Shown here one piece after another: positions 10,158 through 21,557 of a stretch of DNA of 64,000 bases. The DNA is from a virus. The first letter of the stretch is position 1; each line of letters starts with the position of its first letter. The notes under the pieces were generated by a model that ran no database searches, was not told the origin of the DNA, and saw only the letters and a list, made by a program, of their open reading frames with translations. The stretch is taken from positions 1 through 64,000 of IMG/VR virus record IMGVR_UViG_3300046168_000085; one strand, 5' to 3'. The translations under genes and the position numbers were made by a program.

Positions 10158-10688
10158 TTACCAAGATGTTGCTAACCACTTTGCAGTTGCCATAATAGCA
10201 CCAATTTCATCGTATCGTTCAAGAACATCTGCCCATTGTGCTTCGTTTAATGATTGCAACTTTTTTAAAGCATTTGCTCCGTATTTTGCATGAAACTTTT
10301 TTCCGAAAAAGGCACTAGAATTTTTAACTACATCCATTGCAGTTTTAGGTTCAACTTGCCAATAACTACGAGCAGGACCACCATTATATTGAACCTTTGT
10401 CTTATACAAACTTTCTACTGCACCTGTATGCTGAAGATATGTAATCAACTGACTACGAGTTTTACCTTCATCACCTTCAAAGATGTCAGCCGCAATTTCA
10501 ATTGCTTTTTGTGCAGAACTCGGAACTGAATATCCGTTTTCAATTACCAATCTTGCACGATTTTCTTTGGAAGCATCTAAAGAGGTTTGATAATACTTGC
10601 TCCAATTTTTAACAAAGTCTGCATTCAATGCAGAAGCACAAAGCAAAAATAAAGACAATATTCTTTTAGTTCCCTTAATCACCATCAT
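10158..10688 (-). CDS. Secreted lysozyme/transglycosylase-like protein
   Basis: Signal peptide; TGAVES...GGPARSYWQVEP resembles the lysozyme-fold ES...G..Q motif. Confidence 0.45.
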   Translation of the reverse strand: MMVIKGTKRILSLFLLCASALNADFVKNWSKYYQTSLDASKENRARLVIENGYSVPSSAQKAIEIAADIFEGDEGKTRSQLITYLQHTGAVESLYKTKVQYNGGPARSYWQVEPKTAMDVVKNSSAFFGKKFHAKYGANALKKLQSLNEAQWADVLERYDEIGAIMATAKWLATSW

Positions 10689-10751
10689 ACCTATATACTA
10701 CTAAAAATCTTATAAAAAGTCAAGCACATAGTGCTTTTATTTGCAGTAGAA

Positions 10752-12299
10752 TTAAACAACAACCGAAGAGTATCGGTCAATATCAATCGCATCAAGCATA
10801 ACTTGAATTGGATCAATTTCTTTACCACTAAGAATCGCAGTAAGAATTGCAGGTGAACAACCACTTACCATACAGGTTCCGTGGTCATCCTTTGTAACAG
10901 GTACTTGTTTACCATTTGCATTTACGTTCCAAAAGATAAGTTCTGGACATTTGAAACCTTCTGCTTCAAATTTCTTTTTGATTGTAGTGTAATTTGAATT
11001 TTCATTATTCTCACACGCACTATCAAATTCCATATCACTAACAATGTAAAGTTTCTCAGGAAGATTGTCGTTTCCGAGGTTCTTGTTTTTTGCAGTTTCA
11101 AGAATTACATCAAAAACTGCTTGAAGATTTGTGTTGTATCCCCAATCTGCTTTTTGTAAAACAGAAATTTTTTCAAGAATATTTCCGGTTGGAATTCTTT
11201 GAAGTTGTGGATGACTTGAAAATGTAAGAAATGCATTTCCAAATACAGGATCGTTATTGCGTTCTGCAATATACATTGCCAATGAAATTGCAACTTCTAT
11301 AGGTTCTATACCACCTCCACCATACATACTACCACTTGTATCACACACAACTAATCCACGATGAGGATTGTCTGATAAATAATTAGGAAGATTATTCCAC
11401 ATTGCGTTTAACGATTGAACTTCTTGTTCATTTAGTCGTTTAATTCCACCGTAATCACCAAGAAACTTTCTTACAATATCGTAAGGATACAAAGTAGAAG
11501 CATTGATTTTCTTTTTGCCACTTGCGACATCTTCAAGATACTTTCCGTATCTTGCTTCGTCATTCCGTGAAAATGCTCCACGATATTTAAGTCCTGCAAC
11601 ACTTGGAACTTTTTGATAATCAATGTCAGACCATTGCTTGGTGGTCATCTTCTTTTCAAGAACATCAATTGCAGTTCTTAGTTTAGAAAGGATTTTGCGA
11701 TATTCAGATTGTTGCAGTCCGAAAAACTTTGCGAAATACTTTCCTCGTTTCTTGGTAAGATGCGAAGAAGCATTTACACTTGGCAACCATTTTCCAAGCA
11801 ACGACACAGATGTTTCACCTTTTTCAAGTGCATTAACATCTGCATTAAATTGATTTTGAATATACTTGCTTGTATCATACCAAGACTTGGTGTTCTCAAG
11901 ACAAAACAAATCATCCCAACGACCATACTTTACTACATTATCAAGATTGCGATTAACCTTCTCAGGATGTAGATTTCCGAGTTTCTTAAAAATTACACGA
12001 AATGCTTTTCGTTCACCTTGACCACCACGAATATCACGGAAGTAAAAAAGACATTTTAATGCAAGAAGATTATCTTGAATAAATGCTTTGTGAAACAAAT
12101 CAAAAATTTTGCTATCGTCACTATACCGCATTGCACCAGCAGATGCAAAAAAGTCTAATACGGCATCAAGAGAAGTGCGATTTGAAATAGCACCATTTGC
12201 AGTATAAGCAACATTCGTTGATTTCTCAAGTTCGTTTACCAAATTGGTATTATCGTTAATGTTGCCTTCGTGACTTTCAGGTAAAATGATATTTTCCAT
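10752..12299 (-). CDS. DUF2828-family TROVE/Ro-like protein with C-terminal vWA domain
   Basis: TANGA..., LDFF, RDIRGGQGER, YGRWDDL, KWLPS, VCDTSGSM MIDAS, SDMEFD, FWNV. Confidence 0.85.
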   Translation of the reverse strand: MENIILPESHEGNINDNTNLVNELEKSTNVAYTANGAISNRTSLDAVLDFFASAGAMRYSDDSKIFDLFHKAFIQDNLLALKCLFYFRDIRGGQGERKAFRVIFKKLGNLHPEKVNRNLDNVVKYGRWDDLFCLENTKSWYDTSKYIQNQFNADVNALEKGETSVSLLGKWLPSVNASSHLTKKRGKYFAKFFGLQQSEYRKILSKLRTAIDVLEKKMTTKQWSDIDYQKVPSVAGLKYRGAFSRNDEARYGKYLEDVASGKKKINASTLYPYDIVRKFLGDYGGIKRLNEQEVQSLNAMWNNLPNYLSDNPHRGLVVCDTSGSMYGGGGIEPIEVAISLAMYIAERNNDPVFGNAFLTFSSHPQLQRIPTGNILEKISVLQKADWGYNTNLQAVFDVILETAKNKNLGNDNLPEKLYIVSDMEFDSACENNENSNYTTIKKKFEAEGFKCPELIFWNVNANGKQVPVTKDDHGTCMVSGCSPAILTAILSGKEIDPIQVMLDAIDIDRYSSVVV

Positions 12300-12359
12300 A
12301 ATTTAATTTTTAATTGTTAAGTGTTTTAATTTTTAATATTTAATTTTTAATAAAAGGGT

Positions 12360-12411
12360 CAAGGTGCTTCATTGTATAGTTCATTATTTTTTTGATTGCT
12401 GTATGCACCTT
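12360..12411 (-). ncRNA. Putative structured RNA element, copy 2 (AAGGUGC-AUA-CAGCAA...GCACCUUG)
   Basis: 7-bp closing stem 12405-12411/12361-12367; motif shared with 12464-12544. Confidence 0.5.
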
Positions 12412-12463
12412 TCTAATATTTGCGGATCGTCAACTTGTCATAACCATTTATGATTAAAATCAA

Positions 12464-12544
12464 CAAGGCACGACGTAATGTTCACTTCAGTTGACGAACC
12501 ATTTCTTATTTCATGTATTAAGTTTGGTTTGCTGGATATGCCTT
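12464..12544 (-). ncRNA. Putative structured RNA element, copy 1 (AAGGCAU-AUC-CAGCAA...GUGCCUUG)
   Basis: 7-bp closing stem 12538-12544/12465-12471, just downstream of a TTGACG-N17-TATATA promoter (about 12562-12590). Confidence 0.5.
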
Positions 12545-12623
12545 TTTTAATCATGTAATATAATATAATTTATTTATTACGATTCGTCAAGCGTTTTGAC
12601 AAACTTTTTTAAATTAGTTTTAT

Positions 12624-13409
12624 TTACGACAAATCACCTGTCGCAAACCAACGTTGACCATCTGTGTAAACTACTGCGTCATCGTACTTTCTGACGAAGA
12701 TACATTGACGAGCATAAACTTCTGAATCCATCTGCAGTATCAAGTTGTAATTCATGATCCGAAAATTATAAACATAAAATTGAGTACCTGACTATCAAAG
12801 TCTTTGCAGGATGGTAATATTACTTTTGTAGTTTCTTCTGGATAAGAAATGAAGTAATTTTCCTTCATCTCTCTTTCAAATGTATATTCTCGTGTTACAT
12901 CTTTGATATTCATACCGCGGATCACCAGATCACCATAATCCAAACCACTCTTGACCATCAAAGTAGATATATGCATTATCAAACTTATGCCGAAGTATTC
13001 CACCTCGGGCATTAAATCTACCAACCTTGGATTCAATATCAACTTTAATTCCTTCGTCTGACATATTAACAAGTACAAAGTGAACTTTGTCATTTTCGTT
13101 CATTGGTGGTAAAGTTACAGTCACATTATGCTCTGCTTTGACATGGAAAATTCTACCATTTAAAAATGGAGGTGGTTGAATGGTTTCTCCGTTTACTTCA
13201 GTTGCAACTGGATCAGTATTATCATTCAAAGGTAACTGCATTGAATCTACAATCTCCGTAACGTCCACCAAATTGAAATAGTTTTTTACATGAGACAACG
13301 GATATCGTTTCTCACCACCCACATCAGGAACATCATATCCAATTAAAAAATCGTGATGGTGTGGTTTGAATTTTAAATTAAAATCGTTAAAAGTTTTTCT
13401 ATTTGCCAT
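12624..13409 (-). CDS. Putative structural/tail-associated protein with an internally duplicated domain (frameshifted in assembly)
   Basis: KFDNAYIYFDGQEWFG recurs as KYDDAVVYTDGQRWFATGDLS* (stop at 12624) in another frame. Confidence 0.45.
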
Positions 13410-14040
13410 AACTTACTTCTATAAATATATATTTTCTGAGATTTCTTTTAATAAAGTATTTGTTTATTAAATGTCTTGATTTACGATATTTTGTAGATTT
13501 TGCTTCCAATCTCGTAAATCGTTTAATTTATTTTGCATTTCTTCACATGATTCTTTCCAAAATTCTGCGTTGTCTCTTAGTTTGGAATTCATATTTCGTA
13601 ACAATTCCATTTCTTCGGATGCTTTGTATAACCAATCATTTACCTTATCAATATGTGGACAAGTAAAGTCAGGCATTTCTGGTTGATCTGCTTCAAATGT
13701 TTCAAACTCCGAAAGTTTTTTTTTGCTAACTACCCGTTTTTTTTTGGTTTTCACAACATTATAATTCGGTAAATACATACAATTTACATCAAACCAAATA
13801 TCTTTGCAAGAATAACAATTTGTAATGAAATGGTAACAAATCCAAACAGTGTTCTTAAAAACTCCATTTTATGATTGTGACGATCAAATAATCGTTCTAT
13901 TCTAACAGAAATCGGTTTTTTTTCTCCTTTGTCAATTTCACCTGGTTTTACAATTTGAACTTTTTGTACTTTCTTTATTGCCGGTTTTTCCACAAAGGGA
14001 CTTTCTTCTTTTTTCTTTTTATTTGCCATAACTATAAATA

Positions 14041-15111
14041 TTATTGTTCTTTGATAAATATAAACACAGGTTCGTATTTGAATCCTCCTGCGTTTAATGC
14101 ACTTAATGATAACTTCAATTCTCCTTTGTAAGTTAGTCCAACTTTTTTAGCAAGATTAACTGAATCTTCTTCTATTGGAAGTTTACCTGCATTTGCAATA
14201 TTAAGAAGCAAATGACCACCCACTTTCAAACCACGATTAACGTGACGAAGAGTTTGCTGAAGAAATCCGTTTGACCAATCTTCATAACTCGGAAACTTTA
14301 AATAACTTTGAGTTTCTTCATCACTGTATCTTTCAGTATCAAAATACGGGGGACTTGTAAAACACAAATCAATTGAGTTGGGTTGTGGCAAATATGCTTC
14401 ACTTCCTAAACAATGCAACTCCACTTTCTTTCCAAGATAACTAAAATCATCACGCATCTTACCAAGTCCACGATGTGTCAATGTACTTGGATCAGTTCCA
14501 ATGTATGTATGAATTCGTTTGCTCATCAAAGCACCAAGTAATCTACCACCCCAACCACAACTCATATCCCAAGTAACTCCACTTCCACCAAATTTTTCGT
14601 AAATAGCAGCCGCAGCTGTTGGACGAAAGTTGCTTACTCCTTGAACACCCGTTGCAATCTTCAAAATCTTACGCAGATACATATCACTAATAAGTTTTCC
14701 ATCATACTTAGTACGAAACATTAAACACTTACGAATAACCTTCTTGAATGATTCATCATCCTTGAACGCATCCATAGGACTTTTTTTATCGTTACAACGA
14801 ACACTCCAACTATGAGGAAAGTAACTCCATGCCAATCCTAATCCGTGCATTGTTTGACGCACAATATCTTCTGAAATATACTGTTCACACGAAACTTTTC
14901 GTAGTCTACGCATTTCGTTTATTTTTTCTTGTTCAGTAAATTTATAGTGAGGAAATCCATGCTTACGATAATACTTGAAAATAGCATCAATCGTTTCATG
15001 ATTTTCATAATCTCCGTCGAACTCTTGCTCAGTAATTGAATGAAATTCCATATCTACATCATCAACATCGACAAATGAACTCAATGCATTATAATTTATA
15101 GTAGTAGACAT
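14041..15111 (-). CDS. Phage DNA methyltransferase-like protein
   Basis: DMSCGWGGRLLG SAM-binding motif and FTSPPYF. Confidence 0.8.
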   Translation of the reverse strand: MSTTINYNALSSFVDVDDVDMEFHSITEQEFDGDYENHETIDAIFKYYRKHGFPHYKFTEQEKINEMRRLRKVSCEQYISEDIVRQTMHGLGLAWSYFPHSWSVRCNDKKSPMDAFKDDESFKKVIRKCLMFRTKYDGKLISDMYLRKILKIATGVQGVSNFRPTAAAAIYEKFGGSGVTWDMSCGWGGRLLGALMSKRIHTYIGTDPSTLTHRGLGKMRDDFSYLGKKVELHCLGSEAYLPQPNSIDLCFTSPPYFDTERYSDEETQSYLKFPSYEDWSNGFLQQTLRHVNRGLKVGGHLLLNIANAGKLPIEEDSVNLAKKVGLTYKGELKLSLSALNAGGFKYEPVFIFIKEQ

Positions 15112-15142
15112 TTTAATAATATATCTGAATTGTTAATTAATG

Positions 15143-16316
15143 TCAACCAACGATTAGCAATTTTTTTTGACTTCGTGTAACCGCAGTATATAACCAACGA
15201 TTCCAGTTTTCACGCCAAACATATTTACCTTCTTCAATGACCATTACATTTTCAAATTCAGAACCTTGACTTTTATGAGCAGTTATAGCATACCCGTAAT
15301 CGAATACTTCTTTACCACTATCTGAATGATACGCACTATACTTTTCCTTTGCAAACGATTCGTATAATATTTTCCCACGAAACATATCTTCGTTTACTCC
15401 GTCCATCTCGATTACACTTCTTGCGTAGTTCAAATGTGGGTTCTTAACAATATGTTTTACGGTTCCGTGTGCTCCGTTATATAAAGGAACATTGCTTCGT
15501 TTATTGTTCTTTAAACAAATGACACGATCACCGATCATCGGAGTGTGTTCAGTGAAATTATTATGATCACGAATTTTTGCATTCAAACCGATTCTTGTTT
15601 TGTTGAATCCACATACAATCACCGCAGTTCCGTTTAATAGATTTTTGCTTTTAACAAAATTGCTTATATCTCCGTTCTCTTTTGAAATTTCAGATTTAGG
15701 TAATTTTTTTACATTCTCGGAGAACTCACCAAACGGAATACGACCTTCTACACGAGCAAGCATACTTAATTTAATCAAAGCAGAACCCTCTGAAAATCTA
15801 TGTGGAGTTTCCAAACGCAACATCGGGTCTTGCATTAAATTAAAACTTTCATTGATCGGTGGTAATTGTCCGTGATCACCTACGTACAAAATAGGAACTC
15901 CGTAACTAAGCAAATCTTCGTGAACTGCTTGTCCTATCATACTTGCTTCGTCAACCACCACAAGGTCAGCATCAATGTTTGGTTTTTTGTCCCATCCTGT
16001 GACTTGTCCGTGCTCATCCAACTTTGGTTTGTATATCAAAGAATGAATTGTACTAACAGAACAATTATCTTCAAGGTCTTGATTACGTTCGTTTAATTTC
16101 TTACGAAGAACACTGGCTGCTTTACCTGTATACGCACAGTAAGCAATTGTACTATTATTTAACTTATCTTGAAGCAACGACATCAATGTGGTTTTACCCC
16201 GTTCCGGCATAACCACCCATTGTTAAGAATGGAACAGAATTCTGATGGTAAACATACCAATCAGTTATGTCATTGAATGCCGAGTTCTGATCTTTACTCA
16301 GTTGCAGTTGTGGCAT
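15143..16316 (-). CDS. RecD/Dda-like SF1B helicase (frameshift in Walker A near 16200)
   Basis: GGYAGTG/KTT, TGKAA, TIHSL, VDEASM, GDHGQLPP, YAITAHKSQGSE, LYTAVTR. Confidence 0.9.
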
Positions 16317-16821
16317 TCTCTTGCTTTTTTTCTGCTTTCTTTGCTTTGGGTTTTACTGCTTTTTTGACAGGTTCAACTTTCTCTGCTTTCTCTGCTTGCT
16401 TTGCTTCTTTTGCTTGCTTTGCTTCAAACTCAGCAATTTGCTTTCTAAGTTCTGCTTGTCTTTCTAAACTTTTTTGGTATTTGCTTTTGTTTCCAAATGC
16501 ACCACCAGTTCCTGCTTTACTTTTACTGCTCATTAATTACACTTTCTAATTTAGTTTTTACATCGAATAGACTTTGCATATATTCCGCAACTTCTTCGTG
16601 TTCATCGTATGGATCAACACTTCCGTCTGCATCATAATGATAGCCTGTTTTTAATTGTGAACTATTAATATGTGGCAACTCACGAATTGCTTTATCAATT
16701 GCATCAATAGCAATACTAAGTCCAGATGAATCGTTCCACGTATTAAAAGTAATTGTTTTATTTACTTTTGGTATTAACATTAAAATAATATTATTATAGT
16801 TTTTATATAAACACAAGAAAA

Positions 16822-17370
16822 TTATTTCATTAAATAATAATATTTGTCTTCGAGGTACTCTTTTGTGCTTTTAGAAATTTTTCCATGTTTAACTATTTTC
16901 TTTATATTTTGCCTATACTCTGTAATTTTACCTACATCGTTTGTCATCCGTGCTTCGGCAATTTTTTCTTCTATTACGAAAACACGTGCATCATCTGCAT
17001 TGTCATAACAATCAGGATCATTTGTATAATCAAATGAATCAAATATTTCTTGAAAATACCAGTTTTGTCTTCCGACTGCCCACATACTCATCCATGCAAT
17101 GAAAAACACACCAAGACATACTATTGATATTAATGTTGATGAATAATCTGTGGTATATGCTCCGAGAAATCCAGCAAGTGTTGGAAACCCAAGTATAAAT
17201 CCCCACAACCAAACTAAAAATAAAAGAATGTGATTTCGTGTATACTCAGTCGGTTTGGTATTAGTAAATTTATCGTAATAACTTTGATCTTTTCCTTGCT
17301 TATGATCAATATAAATTTTACCAGTAAGCATTTGCATTAGTTTACTAAATTTTCTTCTTTTTTTTCCCAC
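16822..17370 (-). CDS. Hypothetical membrane protein (2 TM)
   Basis: Two hydrophobic segments. Confidence 0.5.
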   Translation of the reverse strand: MGKKRRKFSKLMQMLTGKIYIDHKQGKDQSYYDKFTNTKPTEYTRNHILLFLVWLWGFILGFPTLAGFLGAYTTDYSSTLISIVCLGVFFIAWMSMWAVGRQNWYFQEIFDSFDYTNDPDCYDNADDARVFVIEEKIAEARMTNDVGKITEYRQNIKKIVKHGKISKSTKEYLEDKYYYLMK

Positions 17371-17385
17371 TTCATATATACATAT

Positions 17386-17847
17386 TCACAACGCATAATT
17401 TGGAATAGGTTTATAATCCATATTGTAAAAAAATCTGTTGTGTAATAAGTCCAAATATCTCTGAAAATAAAAATATGCACCTGCATAATTTAATTCCACC
17501 ATGCTTGCAGTTGTTTGTATATAAAATTCATGTTCCGTATCTCCGTATCTTTTTGTGGATTCACAATCTGCTAAAAACTTCAAATTACGATCATGTTCAT
17601 CAGATAATGCTTGTTCATACTCAGACATAAAGAATGCATATGTATCAAAGTCATGGTTTGCAATTGCATTACCCATTTCAACTAAATAAACATTTGACCA
17701 TGTTTTGTACAACTTGGTATCGGTTGGTTTTAATTGACATTGTGTAGAATCTTTGGTTGATTGACACCCAACTAGCAATAATAATATTAAAGATACAATA
17801 AATTTTATCACGAAAGTAATACTATTACATAAAATAGAATTTGTCAA
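17386..17847 (-). CDS. Putative lipoprotein
   Basis: LLVGC lipobox; motif similar to 48303-48776. Confidence 0.45.
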   Translation of the reverse strand: MTNSILCNSITFVIKFIVSLILLLLVGCQSTKDSTQCQLKPTDTKLYKTWSNVYLVEMGNAIANHDFDTYAFFMSEYEQALSDEHDRNLKFLADCESTKRYGDTEHEFYIQTTASMVELNYAGAYFYFQRYLDLLHNRFFYNMDYKPIPNYAL

Positions 17848-18371
17848 TTTTTTTTGGTAATTTTATACACAGATATTATTTTTGTGTATTCTTTAAAAAA
17901 TGACGGAATGCTTTCTTTGTCGTTTGGCCAAGCAGCCCAATGCCATTCGTGTATGTCATCATAGCCTTTTAATAACACAATAGCAAAATCTCCTTTTTTT
18001 AAATCCTTGTATTTTATTTTTTTGTAATTAAAACCATTTCTTTTTAGATATGATCTAAGTTCAGGTGGGCAAGTGATTCTTCTGAATTCTGTATGAACTA
18101 TCCCCAACCCCTTGAATATATTAAAACATCGATTTTCTTGTAAGTGAATTGAAACCATTTGTTTTGATATACCATCACCAAAATGTTTATGCATCTGACT
18201 TAAACAAGTTGGACCACATGAATCGAAGTGCAGTGAATCTATTCCCATATTTGCCCACACTTCTTCTTTTGCAGAAGGTTTGTGAAACAACCCACAACTT
18301 GTAAAACATAACAATATTGATATAAATAGTACGCACTTCACGTACTTATATATATTACCTAATCTACGCAA
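17844..18371 (-). CDS. Putative lipoprotein with peptidase C39-like domain
   Basis: FTSC lipobox; SCGPTCL catalytic-Cys-like motif and downstream HW. Confidence 0.45.
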   Translation of the reverse strand: MRRLGNIYKYVKCVLFISILLCFTSCGLFHKPSAKEEVWANMGIDSLHFDSCGPTCLSQMHKHFGDGISKQMVSIHLQENRCFNIFKGLGIVHTEFRRITCPPELRSYLKRNGFNYKKIKYKDLKKGDFAIVLLKGYDDIHEWHWAAWPNDKESIPSFFKEYTKIISVYKITKKN

Positions 18372-19131
18372 TCATCAGATTCATCCCAAACCTGATTTTG
18401 TATTTTGGCACTTTCTTCATCAACAAAACGGTTAACCATCCCAACACGTGCATAATAGTTACCAAATCCCTTAAATGAAGAGTGTGTATTATCTGGTTCA
18501 TCCATTCCGTTCCATGATGCTAAAATTTGCACAGAATCACAATATTCTGATAACTCATTTAGTTTTTGCTCTATTATTGAATTAATATGTTCTGCTCTTT
18601 CTTGGTCGTTCATAAAAATATATAGTATTTGATTTACGAAAAAAGTCAAACTATCTTCTTAACCCAATACACCTATTATTAATACACTCAGCAAACACGA
18701 ACTTAACTCATGTTCTTACTTCTAATGAATAGATTTCGTTGTTACGATATTTTGATCACATTCTTTGACATTTTTGTTAATCCAGACCATAGCATCAGAA
18801 AAAGTACCTGTAAACACAATTTCATCTTTATTTCTTATTTCATATACCGATGGTTTATTTGAGTGATTCCACTTCATTGATATGTCCGTTGAATTATACT
18901 TATCGGATTTTTTTATTGTGTGGGATATTTTAAGTGAAGAAACATCGGTATATTGTTCAAGTTTGTCACCGAGTATGTCTATATTTTGTGTAGCAGTTGT
19001 TTTAATTACAACATCGATGGTGTGTATATCTCCCACAGAGTCAATTACAGTAATTTCCAAGGAATCGTTGGATTTTTTATCAACGACTACCTTTTCTGCG
19101 TTGCATGATAACTTTTTAAAGATATCATTCA

Positions 19132-19377
19132 CTAAGATAATCTCTGAATAAGATCTTCTTTTGAAGTTGCTCCTAATACACCGTCTACAATTTTACCATC
19201 TTCTTCTATGACAATCATTGGAACACTTCTTACACTATATTGTTGAGCAAGTTCTAAATTTTGATCAACATCAAGTATTTCTATCTTATGACCTTCTTCT
19301 ATAAGTTCGTTTACAACAGGTTTGAACATTTTGCATGGACCACACCATGATGCCGAAAAGTATTTTGCAGTTTTCAT
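19132..19377 (-). CDS. Thioredoxin
   Basis: WCGPC active site; SVP cis-Pro. Confidence 0.95.
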   Translation of the reverse strand: MKTAKYFSASWCGPCKMFKPVVNELIEEGHKIEILDVDQNLELAQQYSVRSVPMIVIEEDGKIVDGVLGATSKEDLIQRLS

Positions 19378-19410
19378 GTTATATACATATTAGGCAGTTA
19401 GTAAAATAAG

Positions 19411-19500
19411 TGGCGGAGGATGTAGGATTCGAACCTACGGAACCCGTAAGAGTTCAATGGTTTTCAAGACCACCGCCTTAAACCACTCAGCCAATCCTCC
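19411..19500 (-). tRNA. tRNA-Ser(UGA)
   Basis: GGAGGAT acceptor stem, anticodon loop CTTGAAA, long variable arm, GTTCGAATC T-loop, encoded CCA. Confidence 0.96.
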
Positions 19501-20047
19501 TAATCATTTTTTTTCCACCAGTCGTTTTCATCTTCGTTTGGAAATTCATTCATAAAATCCTCATCCATGAATTTTTCTAGAAATCCCAACGCACCGTTCT
19601 CCACAAAAGTAGCAATGTGATTATCGTATTCATCTGATATTATTGAAATACAAACCCATCCATGTAGCATTACACGTGTATATAACTCTGTAAAGTATTT
19701 TCCTTGTACTTTTATTTCCACCGAGTCGTCACCTGGTAATATCTCTACTTTATCACAATACTCCTCGAATATAGAATGTGCATATTTATGGTTGCTCATT
19801 TTATTTAATAAGGTTTTTAATATCAGTTGCATTTAGTTTATTATCAAAAAAAAGTTTAAATGCAATTTCACGATCATCTAAATCCATTTTTAGATTTACA
19901 TTTTCTTTTAATGCATTTTCCAACGATATTTCATACTTGTACAACATTTTATTTAATACCTGTACACTCAACTTATCTTCATTTGAAGATAAATGTCGTT
20001 TAACTGCTTCACGTTCTGAAACAGATATTTCGTTGGCAATTTGCACT

Positions 20048-20242
20048 TTAACGATTTTTATACTCTTTCATTAACTGAGAATAATAAGCATTCTGTTTTG
20101 CCTTCTTTTTAGTCTCTGACTTAGGAATAAAGTACCGTCTCTGTCTCACAGAATCAAGAACACCTTCTTCTTTAAGTTTCTTTTTAAGTCTTTTTAATGC
20201 CCGATCAACAGGTTCACCTTCTCTTACTTTTACTTTAATCAT
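20048..20242 (-). CDS. rpsU: 30S ribosomal protein bS21
   Basis: VKVREGEPVDRALKRLKKK....R.RRYF.PKSE. Confidence 0.92.
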   Translation of the reverse strand: MIKVKVREGEPVDRALKRLKKKLKEEGVLDSVRQRRYFIPKSETKKKAKQNAYYSQLMKEYKNR

Positions 20243-20277
20243 GTTTTTATTTTATACGTTTATTTTTGAATTGTCAA
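20243..20277 (-). promoter_or_regulatory. Sigma70-like promoter, predicted leaderless transcript of rpsU
   Basis: TTGACA-N17-TAAAAT-N6-ATG. Confidence 0.7.
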
Positions 20278-20279
20278 TG

Positions 20280-21557
20280 TTACTTGAAGTTTTCCATTGA
20301 ATAAAAATTGCAATTTTTGTCAGATAGACATTTTGCTTGTTGCATACACCAATTACCACCGTCTATGAACCAATTCCACTTTTTGGGTTCTTTGATTTTT
20401 ACGTTATCTCCGTATCCATCTGTGAATACAAAAATAACTGGATGTTTCTTTTTGTGTTTTAGTTCACGATCAATATGCTCCTGAATGATATAAAATGAAG
20501 TACCCCCACCACTAATAAGTTTTTTATCTTTGAGATTAACTTCCGTTATTTTTGTATCAAAGCAGAATGTACGCATTTTGATTCTATCTTGTGGAATTGT
20601 AAGTGATGCACAATAAAAATCGTTTCGCAAATTAGCACACGAACCACTAACATCCAAATACAACCACATTTCTACTTTGTCATTGTCGTAAGCATAATCG
20701 TCATTATCAGAAGGAAGCATCAATTGACTTCCTGTGTCGGTGTTAAGTAAAGACAATCTACGATTTGTTTTTACCCATTGCTCTGCATCTGTGTCGGTTC
20801 TGCCTTTATCAGTTGCCCATCTTTTAATAAGTTCAAACCAACTTTTTTTCTTTTTGATTGTGGTAGGTGGAATCATATGTTCCCATTCCATCATTGCACG
20901 ATCACCTTTTCCAAAGTCTTTTGTTTTTTGACGATGTTTGTCAATTGTTTTGCTTATATCCTTTTTTTCTTCTTCCGACAAATCTTGGCCAAGTTGATCT
21001 ACGATTTTATCAAAGTCAACATCTTCTAAATGATCATGTGAATCAACCAATTTACAATTTATGAAATTAGTATTGGGACTATCAACAAGTTTATTGTAAT
21101 AGTATTCAAAGGTTTGCTCATTTTTAATTTCACCATCATTTTCAGCATACACGGTATCAATCCAACACAACTCTTTGGCATCTGAAATTTTATGTCGTTG
21201 AAATCCAAAGTTATCTATTAACATATGATTAATAACTACATCAAGTGCAGTATTAACTAATTGAGGATGCTCTGCGTTTTTTGTGCGAAGTCCGTGATTC
21301 AACCAAACGTGTAGACATTCATGGCAGATAATAAACAATCGTTCGTATGATGTTTTAGATTCCCAAAACTCAGGATTGAAATGAAATGAAACATAATTAC
21401 CTGCACGATCAAATTTAACACACGCAGTTGGAATTTCTTCATCAAAAACCATCTCACCCATTTCCCACAACTTGTAGAAAATTGAATGATGCGTTTCTAA
21501 CTTAAACGCAATTTCTTCAAACTCAGATAACTTTAAGACTTCACTCATCCGTCCCAA
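20280..21557 (-). CDS. DUF2201-like metallopeptidase (HExxH) + vWA domain protein
   Basis: HECLH, NTALD..IN, LDVSGS MIDAS, GGGTSF, FTDGYG. Confidence 0.8.
   Translation of the reverse strand: MGRMSEVLKLSEFEEIAFKLETHHSIFYKLWEMGEMVFDEEIPTACVKFDRAGNYVSFHFNPEFWESKTSYERLFIICHECLHVWLNHGLRTKNAEHPQLVNTALDVVINHMLIDNFGFQRHKISDAKELCWIDTVYAENDGEIKNEQTFEYYYNKLVDSPNTNFINCKLVDSHDHLEDVDFDKIVDQLGQDLSEEEKKDISKTIDKHRQKTKDFGKGDRAMMEWEHMIPPTTIKKKKSWFELIKRWATDKGRTDTDAEQWVKTNRRLSLLNTDTGSQLMLPSDNDDYAYDNDKVEMWLYLDVSGSCANLRNDFYCASLTIPQDRIKMRTFCFDTKITEVNLKDKKLISGGGTSFYIIQEHIDRELKHKKKHPVIFVFTDGYGDNVKIKEPKKWNWFIDGGNWCMQQAKCLSDKNCNFYSMENFK

Noticed and set aside
12752-13093. ORF 12752-13093 as an independent gene
   Set aside because: It is better explained as an out-of-frame piece of a single frameshifted gene spanning 12624-13409.
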